This document shows positions 1 to 9,505 of a DNA stretch of 64,000 nucleotides, piece after piece. The stretch lies in IMG/VR virus record IMGVR_UViG_3300023179_000020. One strand, given 5' to 3'. Each line of letters opens with the position of its first letter. Position 1 is the stretch's first letter. This DNA comes from a virus. The position numbers and the translations under genes are program-made. Under the pieces are notes generated by a model, which had not been told where the DNA came from, did no database searches, and saw only the letters and a program-made list of their open reading frames with translations.

Positions 1-1
1 A

Positions 2-181
2 GAAGCTAAAAAATCACTTATGTTTGGAAACGTAGATTTTAATGCTACTCAAAACGGTGATTATGTTGTAGAAGGAGTATGGGATGAAGATTATTACTCT
101 AGTTTTGTTTATTATGATACAATAAAAGCAAAAGCAGAAACAGCTGATTTACAACTTGAATATTTTGTAGCATCTGCTTAA
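2..181 (+). CDS. 3' end of an upstream gene (partial, hypothetical virion-region protein)
   Basis: Open frame from position 2 (EAKKSLMFGNVDF...LEYFVASA) to TAA at 179-181. Confidence 0.7.
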   Translation, partial: EAKKSLMFGNVDFNATQNGDYVVEGVWDEDYYSSFVYYDTIKAKAETADLQLEYFVASA

Positions 182-191
182 CAAAACAATA

Positions 192-199
192 TATTTATA
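192..199 (+). promoter_or_regulatory. Putative late promoter TATTTATA
   Basis: Recurrent intergenic motif ~10-30 nt upstream of structural-gene starts. Confidence 0.6.
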
Positions 200-218
200 A
201 ATAAAACAAAATAATAGT

Positions 219-689
219 ATGACACATTCTTTTCAATTAAACTATAAACCTCTTCCTAATGATGAAAAAAATTTAAGAACAGGTTTAATTGCGTTTTTAG
301 TATTTTCTAGTTTATTATTAGGATATAATACTTATCAAGATAACTGTATATCAGTTAATGATGTAGAAAGAGTAGGTACTGGTGACACAGTAGATGGATT
401 TAAATTAGGTACTGGTGATACAGTAGATGGATTTAAATTAGGTATTGGTGACACAGTAGATGGATATTTAAGAGGATTTACTGGTGATACAGTTGATGGT
501 TATATAAACGGAGTTAAAGCTATTGACCGTTATGGTAATACATCTACAATTTCACGGAGCGTAAACGGTGAAGAAGAGTATTTAAATTCTCAAAATAGTA
601 TTCTTGAATACAATTTACCTTTTTCTACTACAAATTCTGAATCTCAACTCCAAATGGTTATGCCTATTATGGATACTTTAAAACACTAA
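219..689 (+). CDS. Hypothetical membrane-anchored protein with GDTVDG repeats
   Basis: Hydrophobic segment GLIAFLVFSSLLLGY followed by four G-x-GDTVDG-(F/Y) units. Confidence 0.7.
   Translation: MTHSFQLNYKPLPNDEKNLRTGLIAFLVFSSLLLGYNTYQDNCISVNDVERVGTGDTVDGFKLGTGDTVDGFKLGIGDTVDGYLRGFTGDTVDGYINGVKAIDRYGNTSTISRSVNGEEEYLNSQNSILEYNLPFSTTNSESQLQMVMPIMDTLKH
375..503 (+). repeat. 33-bp coding tandem repeat (~4 copies)
   Basis: ggtactggtgacacagtagatggatttaaatta at 375, near-identical copies at 408 and 441, degenerate fourth copy. Confidence 0.85.
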
Positions 690-707
690 TAAAACCAAAA
701 CACAACA

Positions 708-2909
708 ATGGGATTAACATACAGAAAAAATTTAGGACGCCCTTTAACATCTGATGAAATAGATGCTAATTTTGCCTATTTTACCGGATCACAAAGTATA
801 ACAGGCTCAATCACCATTTCAGGAAGCATAATTCCTGTAGTAGGAGCAGGAGAATTAACTTCATCTTTTAGTCTAGGCTCAGAAACAGCAGCTTGGAAGG
901 ACATTTACGTATCTGAAGGATCAATTCGATTTGTAAAATCAGGTTCAAATGCTGTTGTTCTTTCAGCTACAGCTGAAGGAGGAATTGCAGTTGGTGGTGT
1001 TCCTGTTCCAACAGCTGAATACAGTGGTAGTTCAATTGTAGATGGTACTTCAACAGTTTCTGGAAGTTTAAAAGTTTCAGGTAGTTCAGATTTTGATGGC
1101 AGTATTAAAATAGGAACAGGTAATACAGTTTCAGATAAAGGAGCATTTGCTTCTGGGGATTGTAATTCAGCTATTGGTGATTTTTCTTCAGCTAAAGGAG
1201 CAAATTCCAGAGCATCTGGTTTTGTTTCAGATGCTAAAGGATTATTTGTAACATCTTCATTTACAGCATCTAGTGCTAAAGGATACGGAACAATAGCTTC
1301 AAATTTAGCATCAAGTGCTAAAGGTTACTATACAGTAGCATCAGGTATAATTTCTAATGCTAAAGGATATATGACTACTGCCTCAGGTACTGGTTCAAAT
1401 GCTGATGGTTATAAAACTAAAGCTACAAACGATTTTGCAGAATCTAAAGGATATTATTCAATAGCATCAGGTATTTATTCTCATGCTAAAGGTGCATATA
1501 CTACAGCATCAGGAACATCATCATATGCAGAAGGAAATCAAGCAAATGCTTCTGGTCCTTTTTCACATGCTCAAGGAGCGGCTACTATTGCTTCAGGTAT
1601 TTATTCTTATGCAGAAGGTGATCAAACTTTAGCATTAGGTGCTTTTTCTCACACTAAAGGAGCATTTACAACTGCTTCAGGAGTAGCTTCAGTAGCTATA
1701 GGTAACCAATCCTTAGCATCTGGTCCTTTTTCACATGCTCAAGGAGCGGCTACTATTGCTTCAGGTATTTATTCTCATGCAGAAGGTGATCGAACCTTAG
1801 CTTCAGGCAATTATTCACGTGCAAAAGGTGTTTATGCTACTGCTTCAGGACAAGCATCTAGTGCTGAAGGTAATAATACTTTAGCATCTGGTTTTTATTC
1901 CCGTGCTGAAGGATTAGCAACAATTGCTTCAGGAAAAGCATCTAATGCTAAAGGCAGACAAACTATTGCTTCAGGTACTGGTTCTCATGCTGAAGGTATA
2001 GGAACCGTTTCTAGTGGTTTAGGTTCTCATGCTGAGGGTTGGTTTACAACTGCATCAGGTGGTAATTCACACGCTGAAGGAAACCAAACCGTATCCTCAG
2101 GTGAAGTGTCACATGCTGAAGGTGTTTTAAATTTAGCTTTAGGAGGTGGTTCTCACGCTGAAGGTGTTTTAACAACCTCTTCAGGTCTTTGGTCTCACTC
2201 TGAAGGTAGAGGCACATTAACCTTAGGAACTGGTTCTCATGCTGAAGGCCGATTAACAGTTGCTTCAGGTGATTATTCACATGCTGCTGGTTCTGCTTCT
2301 TTAGCTTCAGGTATAGGTTCTTATGCTGCAGGTCTTTTATCAACTGCTTCCGGTGATTATTCGCATGCTGAAGGATATTTAACCATAGCTTCAGGTTCTC
2401 AATCACATGCTGAAGGATTTAGTACAGAAGCATTAGGACAATCTTCTCATGCTGAAGGTACAAATACAATTGCTTTAGCAACTGCTACTCATACTGAAGG
2501 AGCAAATACAATTGCTTTAGGTTCTTATTCTCATGCTGAAGGTCAATACACAACAGCTAGTGGTGTTGGTTCACATGCCGAAGGTCAATATACAACCGCT
2601 TTAGGTACTTACTCACATGCTAGTGGAATAAACACAGTAGCATCAGGTAGTGGACAAACAGTAGTAGGAACATATAATGCTTTAAATAACGATAATTCTT
2701 TATTTGTTGTAGGAGCAGGTAAGTCAGGTAATAGAAAAGACGGATTCTCAGTAGAACTAGATACTATTAACGTTAGACCTCACATTGTTATACCTACAAA
2801 TACTGGTAATCCTAATAATCCAAAAGCTGGATCTATGTATTTTAATTCTTCTAGCCTTTTATTATACATTTATGATGGTGCGGCTTGGAGATCATCTTCA
2901 TTCGCTTAA
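708..2909 (+). CDS. Fibre protein with YadA-head-like 14-aa (S)HAEG/AKG beta-roll repeats
   Basis: Over 30 repeats of the ASGxxSHAEGxxTx type; N-terminal virion-anchor-like motif RKNLGRPLTSDEIDANF; neck-like segment GTYN..LFVVGAG..RKDGFSV. Confidence 0.8.
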   Translation: MGLTYRKNLGRPLTSDEIDANFAYFTGSQSITGSITISGSIIPVVGAGELTSSFSLGSETAAWKDIYVSEGSIRFVKSGSNAVVLSATAEGGIAVGGVPVPTAEYSGSSIVDGTSTVSGSLKVSGSSDFDGSIKIGTGNTVSDKGAFASGDCNSAIGDFSSAKGANSRASGFVSDAKGLFVTSSFTASSAKGYGTIASNLASSAKGYYTVASGIISNAKGYMTTASGTGSNADGYKTKATNDFAESKGYYSIASGIYSHAKGAYTTASGTSSYAEGNQANASGPFSHAQGAATIASGIYSYAEGDQTLALGAFSHTKGAFTTASGVASVAIGNQSLASGPFSHAQGAATIASGIYSHAEGDRTLASGNYSRAKGVYATASGQASSAEGNNTLASGFYSRAEGLATIASGKASNAKGRQTIASGTGSHAEGIGTVSSGLGSHAEGWFTTASGGNSHAEGNQTVSSGEVSHAEGVLNLALGGGSHAEGVLTTSSGLWSHSEGRGTLTLGTGSHAEGRLTVASGDYSHAAGSASLASGIGSYAAGLLSTASGDYSHAEGYLTIASGSQSHAEGFSTEALGQSSHAEGTNTIALATATHTEGANTIALGSYSHAEGQYTTASGVGSHAEGQYTTALGTYSHASGINTVASGSGQTVVGTYNALNNDNSLFVVGAGKSGNRKDGFSVELDTINVRPHIVIPTNTGNPNNPKAGSMYFNSSSLLLYIYDGAAWRSSSFA

Positions 2910-2928
2910 TAAAATAAACATAACAATA

Positions 2929-2960
2929 AGAAGACCCAATTTAGGGTCTTCTGTTTTCTC
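2929..2960 (+). terminator. Rho-independent terminator
   Basis: agaagaccc-aattta-gggtcttct followed by gttttctc. Confidence 0.7.
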
Positions 2961-2964
2961 TTAA

Positions 2965-2972
2965 TATTTATA
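2965..2972 (+). promoter_or_regulatory. Putative late promoter TATTTATA
   Basis: Motif 15 nt upstream of the neck gene, just after a terminator. Confidence 0.65.
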
Positions 2973-2986
2973 AACAAACTCTATTC

Positions 2987-4150
2987 ATGTCTAACATTCC
3001 TATATACCCAGGCTCTTCATCATTTCTTCCAGGCCAAACACCTTTTGGATTCTATGACAATGATATTCAATTTCAAGAAGACATTGATAAATTTGTTACA
3101 TATTGTGCTAGAAGATTAGGTTATCCTTTAGTAGACGTTGAATTACAAGATTTAAATTTTTATGCTGCATTTGAAGATGCGATAACTACTTATGGTAATG
3201 AAATTTATTCATTTCAAATAAGAGATAATCTTTTATCATTAGAAGGAGCACCAACAGATACTTTTGTAAACGATGCTATTATTACTCCTAATATGGGGGC
3301 AATAATAAAATTGTCACAACAGTATGCTGCTGAAGCAGGTGCAGGAGGAAACATAACTTATTACAGTGGTGCTTTAGCATTAACACCAGGCCAACAAACA
3401 TACGATTTAAAAGAATGGGCTGTTAGTCAAAGCATTTCAGGTGGTATAGAAATTAAAAAAGTATTCTATCAAGACTTACCAGCTATAAATCAAATGTATG
3501 CACCTTTTGGTGGATTTGCTGGATTAGGAGGATTACCTGCTGCTGGTATTTACGGTGGAATGTATGGTGGAGGATACGGAGGAGGATACTTAATGATGCC
3601 TGTAGCATATGATGCTGCTGTAATACAAGGATTAGAATTAAGTAATACCATTCGTTTATCAAATTACACATTTGAAATTATAAACAATAATATAAAAATA
3701 TTCCCTATACCAACAGACAACGATGTTAGGCAAGGATTTTTATGGTTTGAATACATAAAAGTTGAAGACAGATACGCTGACAGTATAACACAAACTGATG
3801 GAAGTAAAGTAACAAATGTATCAAATGCTCCATATAATTATCCTATTTATTCTCAACTAAATGCTGTTGGTAGATCATGGATTTTTGAATACGGTTTAGC
3901 ACTCTGTAAAGAAATGTTAGGATACGTTCGTGGTAAATACAGTACCGTTCCTATCCCAGACCAAAATATTTCTTTAAACCAAGCTGATTTATTATCAGCA
4001 GCAACTGCTGAAAAAACAGCTTTAATTGAAAGATTAAGAACATACCTTGATGAAACTTCTAATAAAGCTTTACTTGAAAGAAGAAAAGATGAAAGCGAAT
4101 TTAGAAAGCAAGAGATTAATAATGTACCAATGTGTATATTTATCGGCTGA
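2987..4150 (+). CDS. Neck/head-tail adaptor protein (T4 gp13-like)
   Basis: YCARRLGYPLVDVELQD N-terminus and WIFEYGLALCKEMLGYVRGKY C-terminal motif; gene order before gp14/gp15-like genes. Confidence 0.8.
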   Translation: MSNIPIYPGSSSFLPGQTPFGFYDNDIQFQEDIDKFVTYCARRLGYPLVDVELQDLNFYAAFEDAITTYGNEIYSFQIRDNLLSLEGAPTDTFVNDAIITPNMGAIIKLSQQYAAEAGAGGNITYYSGALALTPGQQTYDLKEWAVSQSISGGIEIKKVFYQDLPAINQMYAPFGGFAGLGGLPAAGIYGGMYGGGYGGGYLMMPVAYDAAVIQGLELSNTIRLSNYTFEIINNNIKIFPIPTDNDVRQGFLWFEYIKVEDRYADSITQTDGSKVTNVSNAPYNYPIYSQLNAVGRSWIFEYGLALCKEMLGYVRGKYSTVPIPDQNISLNQADLLSAATAEKTALIERLRTYLDETSNKALLERRKDESEFRKQEINNVPMCIFIG

Positions 4151-4152
4151 TT

Positions 4153-4863
4153 ATGATAGTATATTGTATACATAATATAATAAATGGAAAAAAATATATA
4201 GGATCTGATAGTAAAAATGACCCTAAATATCTTGGATCAGGGGTATATATCAAAAAAGCTATTAAAAAATATGGTAAAGAAAATTTTATCAAATGTATTT
4301 TAGCTAAGGTAGATTCATATGATATCATGAAAGAATTAGAAGAATACTGGATAGATTATTTTGACGCTTACAATAACAATATGTTTTATAACGCCACAAA
4401 ATATTCATCAGGTATAACTAAATTTCCTGAAGATAAAAAAATTAATATATCATTAGCTAACAAAAATAATACATACCATAAAGGATATAGACAAACTGAA
4501 TTCCAAAAATCCCAAACATCTAAAGCTAATACAGGGAGAAAACACTCAGATATTTCTAATAAGCTAAAAAGACAAGCTAAAATAGGTAATAAATATGCTT
4601 TAGGAAACAAATTATCCGAAGAACAAAAGAAAAAAATATCACAAAGTAAAAAAAATCATCCTTGTTATAATAATGTAGAACGTAATAAGAAAATAAGTGA
4701 AAAAAACAGTAAACCTATACTTCAATTTGATAAACAAGGTAATTTTATACAAGAATGGCCTAATGCTAAATCAATATGTCTTTATTTAAATATAACAAGT
4801 ATTAGTAGATCTTTAAAAGATTGGAATAATAATAGTAGGGGATTTAAATTTAAATACAAATAA
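4153..4863 (+). mobile_element. Free-standing GIY-YIG homing endonuclease with NUMOD3 and NUMOD1 DNA-binding modules
   Basis: IVYCIHNIINGKKYIGS, YLGSG, ELEEYWI, YN motifs; GRKHSDISN and LSEEQKKKISQS (NUMOD3); KPILQFDKQGNFIQEW (NUMOD1). Start moved to ATG 4153, just after the neck-gene stop. Confidence 0.85.
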
Positions 4864-4865
4864 GT

Positions 4866-5378
4866 ATGTGCGCACTTTTTGGTGGAAAAAGAGATATTTC
4901 CCTTTTTAGGCATATTAACAGAGAACTGTTAGGGGATATTATTACTCAACAATGTGCTTTTTACAAATTTGTTTTAGACAAAACCATTGTTAACATGTAT
5001 GGAGAAGCATCAGGTGGTAAATTTTATGATGGTCCTGTACTATTAAATTCTTTAATAACAGTAGCAGACAATACTTCTCCTACAAACGAATTTGGTGTTG
5101 ATTTTAATTGGAGTATAAAAGTTGCATTTTTACGAGACGATTTAGTAGAAGCAAATGTGCATCCTGAAGTAGGAGACATTATACTTTATCAAGAAAGTTA
5201 TTTTGAAGTTGATAATACTAACATAGTTCAGTTCTTTGCAGGCAAAGACCCAGACTATCCGTACGCTACTAATCCATTAAACCCAGGATTAGAAAATTTT
5301 GGTTACAACGTAAGTGTAATATGTGAAACCCATTACGTTCCTGCGGATCGTGTGAATTTGATAAAACAAAGATTATAA
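4866..5378 (+). CDS. Head completion/neck protein (T4 gp14-like)
   Basis: N(M/L)YGE motif and PEVGDIILY..YFEV motif; position. Confidence 0.7.
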   Translation: MCALFGGKRDISLFRHINRELLGDIITQQCAFYKFVLDKTIVNMYGEASGGKFYDGPVLLNSLITVADNTSPTNEFGVDFNWSIKVAFLRDDLVEANVHPEVGDIILYQESYFEVDNTNIVQFFAGKDPDYPYATNPLNPGLENFGYNVSVICETHYVPADRVNLIKQRL

Positions 5379-6640
5379 TGGCTGGAAGAAAACCAATACC
5401 TAAAACACAGAGAGAAATTAGCATTTCTCAACAAACTCCATTTGTACCACCACCTGGAGCACCTGGTTTTCAGTCTACTGGTAATCCTAATAAAGCTGAG
5501 GGTATTAACAGAGCAGAACAAACATCATTTAGAGACGATACTGTTAAACCTTTATCTATTGGTATCCAAGACATGGATGAAGCAGTAATGTATTATTTTC
5601 AAAACGTTATAAACCCATCAGTTTTACAAAATGGAGAAAAAATATCTGTACCTATAATTTACGGTTCACCAGAAAAATGGAAATCATTCCAAAAAGATGG
5701 ATACTATAGAGATTTAAATGGTCGTATAATGGCTCCTCTTATTATGTTTAAGAAAAACAGTATAGAGAAAGTTAGAAATTTAACCAATAAATTGGATGCT
5801 AACAATCCTAACAATGTTGTTGTGTATGGTAAAAGGTATAGTAAACAAAATGAGTACAGTAAATTTAACATTTTAAACAATGTTAAACGTGAAAAAACAT
5901 ACTACGCCACAGTAGTACCTGACTACTTAAATATCACTTATGATTGCGTTATTTTCACCTATTATAATGACCAATTAAACAAAATTATAGAAACATTAGA
6001 ATATGCTTCTGATTCATATTGGGGTGATCCTGAAAGATTTAAGTTTAAAGCAACTATAAGTACATTTACCCCAACTGTAGAATTATCAGACAATTCTGAA
6101 CGTATAGTAAAATGTACTTTATCCATAACACTTTATGGATACATCATTCCAGACATTCCTCAAAAAGATTTAAATTCTATAAAGAAGTTTTCTGAAAAAA
6201 ATAAATTAACATTTACTGTAGAAACAGTAAGTGGAGAAATAAATAATTTTAATTCTAACGTTAATCAAACAACTATGCAAAAAGGAGGTTTAGCAAGTAT
6301 TATAGATTCACCTAATATTGTTAACAATATAACAATATCAAATGTAGGTGCAGATGTATTAACTTATCTTAATACAAGTAAAGCACTTCAAGCAACAACT
6401 GTTACTGCTCCTGATACAGCAGTATTTACAGGAGCATTTTTAACAGCTCCTACTGGCTTACCAGCTACAAGTGCTACTTCATTTTCTTATTTTATAAATG
6501 GACAATTAGTAGAACCAAATGCTGTTACATCTTTTGTTGATAATGGAGGAAGTACTTGTACATTAACAATTAATACAACTAATTTAGGTTTTACTTTACA
6601 ATCAACAGACGAAGTAGTAGCAATAGGTAAATTTGCATAA
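5378..6640 (+). CDS. Tail terminator/sheath stabiliser (T4 gp15-like) with C-terminal beta-rich extension
   Basis: ISVPIIYGSPEKWK and VPDYLNITY..DQLNKIIE motifs; extra ~100-aa domain containing FINGQLVEP. Confidence 0.7.
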   Translation: MAGRKPIPKTQREISISQQTPFVPPPGAPGFQSTGNPNKAEGINRAEQTSFRDDTVKPLSIGIQDMDEAVMYYFQNVINPSVLQNGEKISVPIIYGSPEKWKSFQKDGYYRDLNGRIMAPLIMFKKNSIEKVRNLTNKLDANNPNNVVVYGKRYSKQNEYSKFNILNNVKREKTYYATVVPDYLNITYDCVIFTYYNDQLNKIIETLEYASDSYWGDPERFKFKATISTFTPTVELSDNSERIVKCTLSITLYGYIIPDIPQKDLNSIKKFSEKNKLTFTVETVSGEINNFNSNVNQTTMQKGGLASIIDSPNIVNNITISNVGADVLTYLNTSKALQATTVTAPDTAVFTGAFLTAPTGLPATSATSFSYFINGQLVEPNAVTSFVDNGGSTCTLTINTTNLGFTLQSTDEVVAIGKFA

Positions 6641-6642
6641 AC

Positions 6643-8262
6643 ATGAGTATACTTAGAAAAGAACAATCAATTAATCCTTTAAGTACATTACCGGATGAAT
6701 CTATCCAATTTAATAGTGGAAGTTCATTTAGTGGAAGTTCTAACTTTATGTATAACTATTTATCCCAAAGTTTAGAACAAGGGAATAGTGTTATAGCTTC
6801 AGGTCATTTTTCACATGCTGAAGGATCAAGTTCATTAGCTTCAGGTTATAGTTCTCACGCTGAAGGTAATAATACAACTGCTTCAGGTGAGTATTCACAT
6901 GCTGAAGGTTTTAATACAAAAGCTTTAGGTGATGTTTCTCACGCTGAAGGCGAATACTCTACAGCTCTAGGTAATTATTCCCATGCTGAAGGTGGATTTA
7001 CAAATGCTTCAGGTGAGTATTCACATGCTGAAGGTTCAGGATCATTCGCTTTAGGTTCTTATTCACACGCTGAAGGAAATAATACATATGCTAGTGGTTC
7101 TTATTCTCACGCTGAAGGTGGATTTACAAGTGCTTCAGGTGAGTATTCACATGCTGAAGGATCAAGTTCATTGGCTTCAGGTTTATTTTCTCACGCTGAA
7201 GGTTTTAACACAACTGCTTCAGGTACTGGTTCCCATGCTGAAGGAAGTGGAACAAAAACTTTTGATTTAGTAACATATTCTCATGTTGAAGGCCTTACAA
7301 CTCAAGCAGGAACTAATAAAGCATATTCTGCCTCTATTTCTAATGGTACTGCTTCATTTATGTCTTCTTATGGAAACATAACAAGTTTATTTACTGTAGG
7401 CAACTATGCTATTATATATAATCCTTCAAATATAACTTATACTCTTCCTTTAATTACAAGTAGATCATTTAATAGTGGTACAAACATAACTCAAATGTTT
7501 TTTACTCCAATAGGAAGTAATATAACTACTGCTTACATTTTAAACACAACTCCTTCAAATTGGAATGGTGATCAAAATGTATTAGTTAACGTAGCACATG
7601 CTGAAGGTTTTAACACAGTAGTAATAGGCGCAGCATCACATGCTGAAGGTAGAGGAACATTAGCTGGAGGCTCTTATTCTCATGCTGAGGGCCGAGATAC
7701 AATAACTATAGGTTTATATTCACATGCTGAAGGTCAAAATACAACATCTGTAGGTTCTTATTCTCATGCTGAAGGATTAAATACTAATGCTTTAGGTAAT
7801 TATTCTCACGCTGAAGGACAAAATAATGTTGCTTCAGGTTCCTACTCTCATGCTGAGGGTTTAAACAACCTAGCAGGAGGTACTCATTCTCATGTTGAAG
7901 GACAAAGTAATACAGCTTCAGGTAACTATTCTCATGCTGAAGGAAATGCAACAAAAGCTTTAGGTCCTTACTCTCATACCGAAGGCCAAGGCACAATTGC
8001 CTCCGGTTCATATCAAACTGTAGTAGGTCGTTATAATGCTCAAAATGATTCAACTAGTTATTTTATAGTTGGAGGAGGAACATCTGATAGTATTAGAAGA
8101 GATTATTTTAAAGTAACAAGTAAACCTTCAATAGTTGTTCCTACTCAAAGTGTTGCTCCATCATTGAATATTGAAGGAGAAATGGTTCTTGCATTAGTTA
8201 GTGGAAATCCACGTTTATATGCTTACATTGGAGGAACTTTAAGATCATGTTCTTTATTTTAA
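6643..8262 (+). CDS. Second SHAEG-repeat beta-roll fibre protein
   Basis: Two blocks of 14-aa SHAEG repeats split by a ~95-aa insert; C-terminus similar to that of the 708 protein. Confidence 0.8.
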   Translation: MSILRKEQSINPLSTLPDESIQFNSGSSFSGSSNFMYNYLSQSLEQGNSVIASGHFSHAEGSSSLASGYSSHAEGNNTTASGEYSHAEGFNTKALGDVSHAEGEYSTALGNYSHAEGGFTNASGEYSHAEGSGSFALGSYSHAEGNNTYASGSYSHAEGGFTSASGEYSHAEGSSSLASGLFSHAEGFNTTASGTGSHAEGSGTKTFDLVTYSHVEGLTTQAGTNKAYSASISNGTASFMSSYGNITSLFTVGNYAIIYNPSNITYTLPLITSRSFNSGTNITQMFFTPIGSNITTAYILNTTPSNWNGDQNVLVNVAHAEGFNTVVIGAASHAEGRGTLAGGSYSHAEGRDTITIGLYSHAEGQNTTSVGSYSHAEGLNTNALGNYSHAEGQNNVASGSYSHAEGLNNLAGGTHSHVEGQSNTASGNYSHAEGNATKALGPYSHTEGQGTIASGSYQTVVGRYNAQNDSTSYFIVGGGTSDSIRRDYFKVTSKPSIVVPTQSVAPSLNIEGEMVLALVSGNPRLYAYIGGTLRSCSLF

Positions 8263-8274
8263 AAATAAATTTTA

Positions 8275-8604
8275 ATGTCATCTAGAAGATCCCTTTTTTC
8301 TGTAAATGCCAATAATGCAACTTCTGCATCTTTTTCTAATAAAGCAGCATTAGCAACCCTAGCAACACTTGCAACTAATGCAAACCATGCAACATCAGCA
8401 AGTTATGCTTTAACTGCTTCGTATGCTATGAATGGTGGAGGTGGAGGAAGTACAGATACTGGTTCTTTACTAACAACTGCTTCTTTTTCTAATCCAAACT
8501 TAACTTTTACTAAAGGTGATAAATCCACATTTCCAGTTAATTTAATAACTTTAATACCAACTAATGCTTCAACTGCTAGTTATATTAATGGAGGAACATT
8601 TTAA
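8275..8604 (+). CDS. Small fibre-associated protein (TASYA repeats, C-terminal INGGTF)
   Basis: ORF track; S/T/A-rich. Confidence 0.6.
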   Translation: MSSRRSLFSVNANNATSASFSNKAALATLATLATNANHATSASYALTASYAMNGGGGGSTDTGSLLTTASFSNPNLTFTKGDKSTFPVNLITLIPTNASTASYINGGTF

Positions 8605-8927
8605 TGGCAACTAGAATACCGTTTCAATGGGGCAATGCAAATTTTGCTTGGGAAACTAACCCTTTTCCTAACCAAAGTAAAAATCCATTTACTTGGGATG
8701 ACTGTGCTTTAATAACTGAAATTTTAGAAGGATTAGCAGGTGGTAAAGCACCTGAAGATTTATGGAAAGATAAAGAAAAGAAAAAACGATTTATTAAATT
8801 GCTTTGTAAAGTTGAAGGCAAAGAATACAAAGAAACTAAAGAAGTAACAAATCGTAAAATACGTATATCGGACATAGCCTTAGTAGCTAAAGAAGTTCTA
8901 GGCATAAACATTAAAGTAGATTTATAA
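8604..8927 (+). CDS. Hypothetical protein
   Basis: ORF coupled by TAATG overlaps. Confidence 0.65.
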   Translation: MATRIPFQWGNANFAWETNPFPNQSKNPFTWDDCALITEILEGLAGGKAPEDLWKDKEKKKRFIKLLCKVEGKEYKETKEVTNRKIRISDIALVAKEVLGINIKVDL

Positions 8928-9490
8928 TGTACAAATTATTTACAGACAAACCTGAATTATTTGAGTGCAACATAAAAATTGAAGGCGCCTCACTTAAAAA
9001 TAGTCAAGCTCGATTAGTAATTGAAACAGAAGACATTAGTCTTTTATTCAATGGTACTATAAACAAAGATGGTAAATGCACCATTCCAGTAAAAAAATTA
9101 AAAGGCTTACTAGAAAATAACACAGAAGGACAAATAAAACTTGAGGTTATAGCAGAGGATACGTATTTTACTCCTTGGAAATCAAATTTTCAGGTTGAAG
9201 CGTCAAGAAAAATAACAGTAGAAGTTAAATCCCAAGACGCAGAAATTATAACTGAAAGTGCTCCTAAAGTTCAAGTTACTGGAATTAAAGAAGAAAGTAT
9301 TGATCCTATAACAGAACACGTTATAAAATTAGTTAGAATGTTAGTTAAAGAAGATATTAATGTTAAAAACTTAACTATTAAAAAAGATAAAGTAAATAAC
9401 ATTGTTGCTACATACTTACAAGAAAACAAAATTGAACAAAACCAAGTTCAAGAAATTATAAACGGAATTTTATCAAAACTTCCTAAATAA
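8927..9490 (+). CDS. Hypothetical virion-region protein
   Basis: ORF coupled by TAATG overlap; beta-rich N-terminal half. Confidence 0.65.
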   Translation: MYKLFTDKPELFECNIKIEGASLKNSQARLVIETEDISLLFNGTINKDGKCTIPVKKLKGLLENNTEGQIKLEVIAEDTYFTPWKSNFQVEASRKITVEVKSQDAEIITESAPKVQVTGIKEESIDPITEHVIKLVRMLVKEDINVKNLTIKKDKVNNIVATYLQENKIEQNQVQEIINGILSKLPK

Positions 9491-9505
9491 AACAAATAAA
9501 AAGTT

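Noticed and set aside
375-503. 33-bp repeats as a CRISPR mini-array
   Set aside because: Repeats are contiguous with no spacers and are in-frame coding. The Cas4-like gene is a common stand-alone phage nuclease, and no other cas genes are present.
4132-4866. Group I intron around the GIY-YIG gene
   Set aside because: The ORF fills the gap between two intact genes with only 2-nt flanks, leaving no room for a ribozyme core.
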